Assembly: GCA_003971905.1 (NCBI GenBank)
Contig: RSEE01000082.1
Location: 124,001-188,000 of the forward strand
DNA: 64,000 nucleotides
Source of the DNA: Moniliella sp. 'wahieum'
Taxonomy: Eukaryota
Reading direction: 5' to 3'
The notes beneath the pieces are model-generated. The model had not been told where the DNA came from. It was given only the letters and a program-made list of their open reading frames with translations, and ran no database searches. Of this stretch, positions 58,271 through 64,000 are shown piece after piece (the stretch's first letter is position 1; every line of letters begins with the position of its first letter). Made by a program: the position numbers and the translations under genes.

Positions 58271-59944
58271 TCACGCCGTGCGCAAGCGGGAAGCGTAAAC
58301 GACCACCTTGGTGCCTGGTTGGGCCGCAGCTGCGCGCGGCCTGGTCCCCGGCGCGGGAGGAAGGGTGATGGTGTGAGAGCGACAAAATTTGAGGAGCAAC
58401 GCATCGCGTTTATGAGCGTCGGGAGCGAGTGGATGGAGGTAGGGCATGAGTTCTTCTTTGGGCCATTGGGGTCGGGCAGCAAAGAGCTGGGCAAAGCGTG
58501 TGGGTGCATGGATGGATAAGTCGCGCTCGGCCAGACGCACGATCCGTGTTCCTCCCGATGGACAGCTTCCGGTAGCAAGGGTGATGGCACGAGGTAGTGC
58601 TCCCCCTGGTGCGTGTGTGCACAAGTGTACGTCAGTAAGAAGCGAAAGAGAGAAAGAGAGAAAGAGATCAGTGGGGGTCAAGGGGACGTACATCGAGTAA
58701 AGAAAGCTTGGCTTCGTCGGTCCAGTTGGCGCCAAGCGCCTTTTGCCATTCACTCTGAAACTGGTCCAAGAGGATGCGCGGGCTTTCGCGGGTCAAACGA
58801 CGAAGTATGTGCGATCCCAACGTACGTGCAATGGCGGGCATGTCGAGGCAGACCGACGCTTCTCTCCATCCCCATCCTCATTCGCTTCCACTCCCGTACC
58901 CACCGCAGCGCCCGCATGGTTAGGATGGGCAAACCAACGAAAGAAGTACCACGGCCCGAGCAATCGCCGACGGTACCCCGGCCACTTGCAGTTCCGCCTC
59001 GGCTGATTGGAGCGTACCTTGTCGGCCGGGAAGGCGTTCATTTCGATGTGGGCGAGGAGCCGACGAAGAACTTCGTCGGCGAGGTACTCTGTGTCCACCA
59101 TCCGCGCATACCCATCCACCACCACCACCCGAGCCTCATCCAGTCCTACAGCCAGCTCCTCCGGGCTAGCCTGCACGACTGATCGGACGTGGTGCATGGT
59201 GTGCAGTCGGCGCGCCGGCTACTCGCACTCGGTCAGTACCTCGCTTGCACAATATGGAGCAGCAAGAAGCAACAAGGAAACGCAAGCGGAAGCACATACG
59301 TCGTCGTGGGGAAGAGCAGTGCGCTTGGTCTCTGCGCGAACGCCCCGGTAGGCCGAGGGGGCCAGTAGCTGCCGCAGCCGGTCCAGGCGGGGAGATGTAT
59401 GTTGAAGTTCGAGGGTGGTCGTGAGCGTAGCGCGAAGCGAAAGACCAATGCATTGGTCGGCATTGTCGATGGCTCGTGTGCGCAGGTTGCCGGCGGAGGT
59501 GCCGTCTGTGGTACGGGGTGGCGGTGGCGAGGGAAGGGTGCACGCCCAAGTCGCAGAGCATCATTGCATTGCTCACCGCCACGCCGCGGACTGTGTAGCT
59601 GGCATTGCGAGTGCACAGCACCGCCTCGTCGTTCTGACGGCCATTGATCGTCAACCTTCTTCGAGTCAGCGATGAAGAGCAAACAAGCAATAACAGCCAT
59701 ATCAACCCCAACAACAAATCCAACATACACCATCTCATCGTCGGCGCTATCGTCGGCGCTGTCGTACTCGTCGCCGGTGCCGTCGTCGGGGGGGGACGCT
59801 TGCGTTTGTGGGAGCCAGCCTGTTCAGACGCGCGTCGAGTAACGTGGCCACCTCCTTGGGCAGCTCGAGCAGCTGGTACTCGGACGAAAGGGACGGGTCG
59901 GAGAAGAGGGGGACCGGCTTCCCAAATGTCTGGGCAAAGGACAT
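58271..59944 (-). CDS. DCC1: Sister chromatid cohesion protein (Ctf18-RFC subunit)
   Basis: YQLLELP, INGRQNDEAVLCT.NASY.VRGV.VSN, VQASPEEL..GL, RFAQLFAARPQW..EELMPYL and LLLKFCR. Probably two introns. Confidence 0.9.
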
Positions 59945-60215
59945 GGACGCGAGCGGGGGGACGAAGGCGGTGGGGTGGCGGGGGGATGCAGCCTCGCCGG
60001 AGCAGGGCGCTTCGCTCGGGTCGACGCGCCGAGCGCGACGCGTCCATCCGTCGCGACAATTTGATTTGATTTTCCATTTTTCATTTTATTTCACTCGTCC
60101 CTCCTGGCCGTTCCGGTCCGGAATTTTCGCCTCGACCGCCTCGACGTTTTCGCTTTCGCAGCCTTCGCTCGACCGCCTCGAGCTTGACCACCCTCCCTCG
60201 CTCGACGCGACGGCG

Positions 60216-61600
60216 ATGGCAGCCGTGAGGCCGGTGGGGACGGTGCTCAGGAGACGCAGCATCTTTGACGATGGTGCGGCGTACATGCGCGCTCTCCAGC
60301 GGCGCCTGTGTGCAGCTCCCAACGCATGGACACCGACCGAAGCCCACATGCACCTCCGCTGGCTCGCCGAGGCCGTGGGCGTGCCTTGCTCCTTAGGCCT
60401 GCCCCTCGCCGCATGCGACAGCGACAGCGGCAGAACACGCCTCGCGCCCTCGACGCGCGCGAACTGCTGCGAAACGTACTGGCTCTCAAGGCCGGGATGC
60501 CACTGGCTTACGTTCTGCGCAGCGTACCCTTTGCCCACCTCGACCTCGCCATCCGACCGCCCACGTTGATCCCGCGTCCGGAGACCGAGGAGTGGGCCAT
60601 CCGCCTCGCCTCGCTTCTTCCGCCTCGGACTAAAGTGCTGGATCTGTGTACGGGCTCGGGCGCGATCGGAATTTACCTCGCTCATGCAACCGACGCCGTG
60701 GTGACCATGGTCGACGTATCCCCTCAGCGGTGGAGCTGGCGCAGGAGAACGTGCGGCGGGGTGTGGCCTGTGGAAGGGAGAGGGATCGAGAGCGGGTGCG
60801 GGTGCGGCAGGCGAAATCGAAGAGGGGGAAGGAGCGAGACCAGGAGCTGGAACGGGAGTGGAGGGGGAGAAGGAGGGGGGAGAGGGAAACGCATCCAGGT
60901 GCCCGCCCAAGGTGGTGCAAGCCGACCTGTTTGCTCCGCCGACGTTTGTGCCGGATGGGTGGAGGTGGAGGTGGTGGTGTGCAACCCGCCGTATGTGACG
61001 CCGGACGAGTACGACGAGCTGGACGAATCGGTTCGGGCAGGGAGGACCGAGGGGCGTTGGTAGGTGTGCGCCCGACACCTTGTGCTGGCCATCCCCATGC
61101 CTCTTCCTCCGACCCAATCCCAACCTCACTACCAACACCCACACCCAAGAAGCCCAAGAGCAAGAGCAAGCCCAAGCCCAAGAGCAAGAACAAGAGCAAG
61201 AGCACGACCACGCGAGAGGGTTGGCATTTTATCGCCGGCTGGCGCAGTGGTTCCGACTTTACTGAGCGGGGCAGCGAAGCCAGTGGACGCGCCTGCACCC
61301 GAGCACGTGCACGTGCTTCCCCAGGTGGTGGTGGAAATTGGTCCGACGCAAGCCAAGGAGGTGGAGGACATATTCCGTTGTGCGCGGCCGCCGCGCGCTG
61401 GCCTGCACGCCCACACGCACGTCTGGCAGGAGGCGGGACACGATCGCGTCGTACTCGTTTCCTGGCTTGCCTCCGCATCTCCATCTCCATCTACATCTAC
61501 ATCTACATCTACATCTCCAACTCCAACTCCAACTCCAACTCCAACTCCAACTCCAACTCCAACTCCAACTCCAACTCCAACTCCATCTACATGTACCTGA
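60216..61600 (+). CDS. MTQ1: HemK/PrmC-family release factor glutamine N5-methyltransferase, MTQ1-like; 3' end uncertain
   Basis: GMPLAYVL..VPF, PTLIPRPETEEW, VLDLCTGSGAI, VVCNPPYV, GLAFYRRL, VVEIG..Q and GHDRVV. Confidence 0.9.
61477..61592. repeat. Compound hexamer microsatellite (CATCTC/CATCTA/CAACTC)n
   Basis: Read directly from the sequence at the MTQ1-like 3' end. Confidence 0.85.
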
Positions 61601-62029
61601 TCCAACCAACTCGAGTGGGAGAGGGAGGGGGGGGGTAAGAAGGACCCAAGTGCGAACCACAGAATGCAGTTCGAACAGCAGCAGCGTGACAGGGGGCCAG
61701 TGGCGGCGAAGGCAGGGGTGGGGGCGAGGGGCGCAACACCTAAAACCGGGACAAGCAAGGGAAAACAGGGACAACGTGCGGGTTTGACATGCGCGGGGGG
61801 GGGAAGGCAGGAGGGCATGTCGAGGATGCAGGGGCAAAGTAACAAAGCAGAGGGGGTGAGCCGTGGGCCGTGGCCACAGGCGAGTGACGCAGGGTGGGAA
61901 GCAGGATAGATACGGTCGGCGGGGACGGAGGCCCCCAAAGCAAGAGGCCGACTAAGAGCCGTGTTGGAAAGAAAGGCCGCTAGAAGGGGAGAGAGAGAGG
62001 GAGAGAGAGAGAGAAAGAGAGAGAGAAGG

Positions 62030-64000
62030 TCAAGCAGTCGGACTGTTCGCTCGTCCTTCTCGTCCTTCTCCTTCTTTGGCCGTACCTGGAGCACTGGACG
62101 CGGTCGGGGCAGAGGAAGGCGCGCTGGGCGCGATCGGGGCAGGGGAAGGTCCACTGGAGCCCGCTGCAGAGCAGAGCGGGCCATCTTATCCAGAGTATCC
62201 TTGTCGGACACGTATCCCTCCTCGCCGCCGGGTGTGGCGCGGATCGGTCCAAAAATATCGTCAAACACGTTCTCGTCCGGGGCGCGCAGCGGCCCCAGAT
62301 CCGCCGGGTGCCCGCTGCGTCCACTGCAGCGCGAGCCTGAGGCGAAAGCGCAGCGAGCGCGGCGAGACCGAGCGCGAATGACGCGAACGTCGACGGAGCC
62401 AGGTAGGGTCGAGCTGGGTGAGCGCCTGGTGGCGCGCGGCATGGATGCGCGCTTGTCGCTCCGTTTCCCAGATGGCTTCAAAGGTGGCGGTGAGGTTCTT
62501 CAGGCCCCAGAGGTAGCCTGAATCGGGCCCATCGGGGTGCGAAGGCGCAAAGCGAACGACGGGACGCGAAAGCCATTCAGCAAATGCCTCCTCTTCCAAT
62601 GCATCCTGCGCCTCGTACAGCGCTTCCTTGTCGGCGTACAAGTCGGCCTGGGCCGACCAGGCGTATCGCTCCTCCTCCTCCGACTGGTTGGCCAAAGGGG
62701 AAACGAATTCTCCCCGGGCATACGATAGTCCTTGCCCGTGGTCGAGTGGGCAAAATCAATGATGCGAATTTTCATCTCGCCGCGGTGGGGTTTGGTATGG
62801 TGATGGTGGTGGTGGTGATGGTGGTGTTCCTTGCCCGGACGTGAGGGAGCACCTGCAGCCCCGGCAACGGTCCAAGCAGGGGGCACACCTGCCTTTCCCT
62901 CGCGTACGCGCCGCTCAAAGTGGTTCATCAGACGCGTCTGCGCCGCACAGTCGCCATCGTAGATGAAGAGAAGCGACGAGGCATAGAAGCGGTAGCCGGG
63001 CAGCTGGTGCACGATCCGAGCCAATTGGCGCAGCTGCGCCACAATGCCCGGCACATGATGGATGAGGAGCGCGGTGCCATTGTATAAAAAACCGGGCCAG
63101 GGCAGATTGGAACTCGGCAGGACGCACGGTGCGACCATAGTACTTGTCCTGGAACAGGTAACTCGAGCTTTCGCAGTTGAACACTTGCATCCCGCAGATC
63201 CTCGCTCCATGGGTCCGGGTCGTCGTTGCCGCCGCCTTGGCTGACTGCGACGCCCGCTTGGTATCGGTCGCATCGAGACTGTACTGCCGCATGCCCATTG
63301 AGGTCCAGCACGCACGGCGAACGCAGCCGGCCAGTCAAATCCTCCATCAACAAAAGTACCCCGATCGAAGCAGTTTCTCATGGCCGCCGGCATCGAGCCA
63401 AGAAAGGTGCGTGCCCTCCCTCTTCTCGTGGGCCACAGGCTCTTCTCTCTCCCTTTCCTCCTCCCCTCCCCTTCTCCTTCCCTTCTCCTTCCTCCTCCCC
63501 TTCCTCCCCATTGTGCTCCTCAGCCAAGTCCAGTGTTGAACGGGGGGGAGTAGGCATGCCCTCGGATGGATGCAGGTCGTCCATTTCGAACATACCATCG
63601 TGTCCAGCCGGCAGGACAGTTTCCCTCCTCTCCCCCACCTCAGCTGGTTGGGAATGGGAAGGTGGGGATGGGGCTGAAGGAGAACGTGTCGGAAGGGCGT
63701 CCCTGCCCGGGCGGTAAGGGGTCGATCCCTCGGACTCGTAGGCGCCGAAGGGTTCGGGGACCGGATGGAGGTGTTGGAGGAAGCAGGAGTGAGTGGGTGA
63801 GGGGGAGGAATGCGAGATGGCGCAGCAACGGGAGGAGGGGTGCGCCTACGTGGGTGCTCTGCCGACATGGAAGCATGACCGCGCTCGGTCGACTGAGCTC
63901 GGCTGGTGGATCCGGGGCGGGTGGAGGAGTGGGAGCGTGAGTGGCTCGACCCAGCACGGGACGAATGCGTGCGTCGACGAGCAGCAGCAGTCGGGTCGCG
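62030..64000 (-). CDS. KCS1: Inositol hexakisphosphate / polyphosphate kinase; 5' end outside the window, stop approximate
   Basis: LMEDLTGRLRSPCVLDL(K)MG.RQY, RICGMQV, FQDKYYGR, YRFYASSLLFIYDG, IRIIDFAH and PD.GYLWGLKNL. Confidence 0.92.

Overview
Eukaryotic, GC-rich, intron-poor fungal DNA, most consistent with a basidiomycete (probably smut-like); the taxon is inferred from gene content and intron style, not determined. Nearly every conserved gene is broken by single-base indels, often in homopolymers and even inside invariant catalytic motifs, so the assembly looks like uncorrected long reads and CDS coordinates are approximate. From ~19.9 kb to the end is a dense run of housekeeping genes: SKT5/CHS4-like, YTP1, DBR1, VPS73-like MFS, MCR1, an S53 peptidase, a cryptic lipase-like gene, ATX1, a RhoGEF-CNH protein, tRNA-Ile(AAT), DEF1-like, a DYRK2-class kinase, DCC1, MTQ1/HemK and KCS1. 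The left end has a makorin, a hypothetical membrane protein, a CRE-clade RLE non-LTR retrotransposon (minus strand, ~3.0-6.1 kb) and a gene-poor, visibly lower-GC zone (~6.1-19.6 kb) holding a divergent OPT transporter. The most unusual signal is a ~470-nt densely base-paired non-coding module (2576-3041) abutting the retrotransposon 3' end in antisense orientation, with a group-I-intron-like P7 / J8/7 signature. Also notable are a three-module His-rich repeat protein and a RhoGEF with substituted catalytic hallmarks. No folding or database search could be run; structural and homology calls are by eye.
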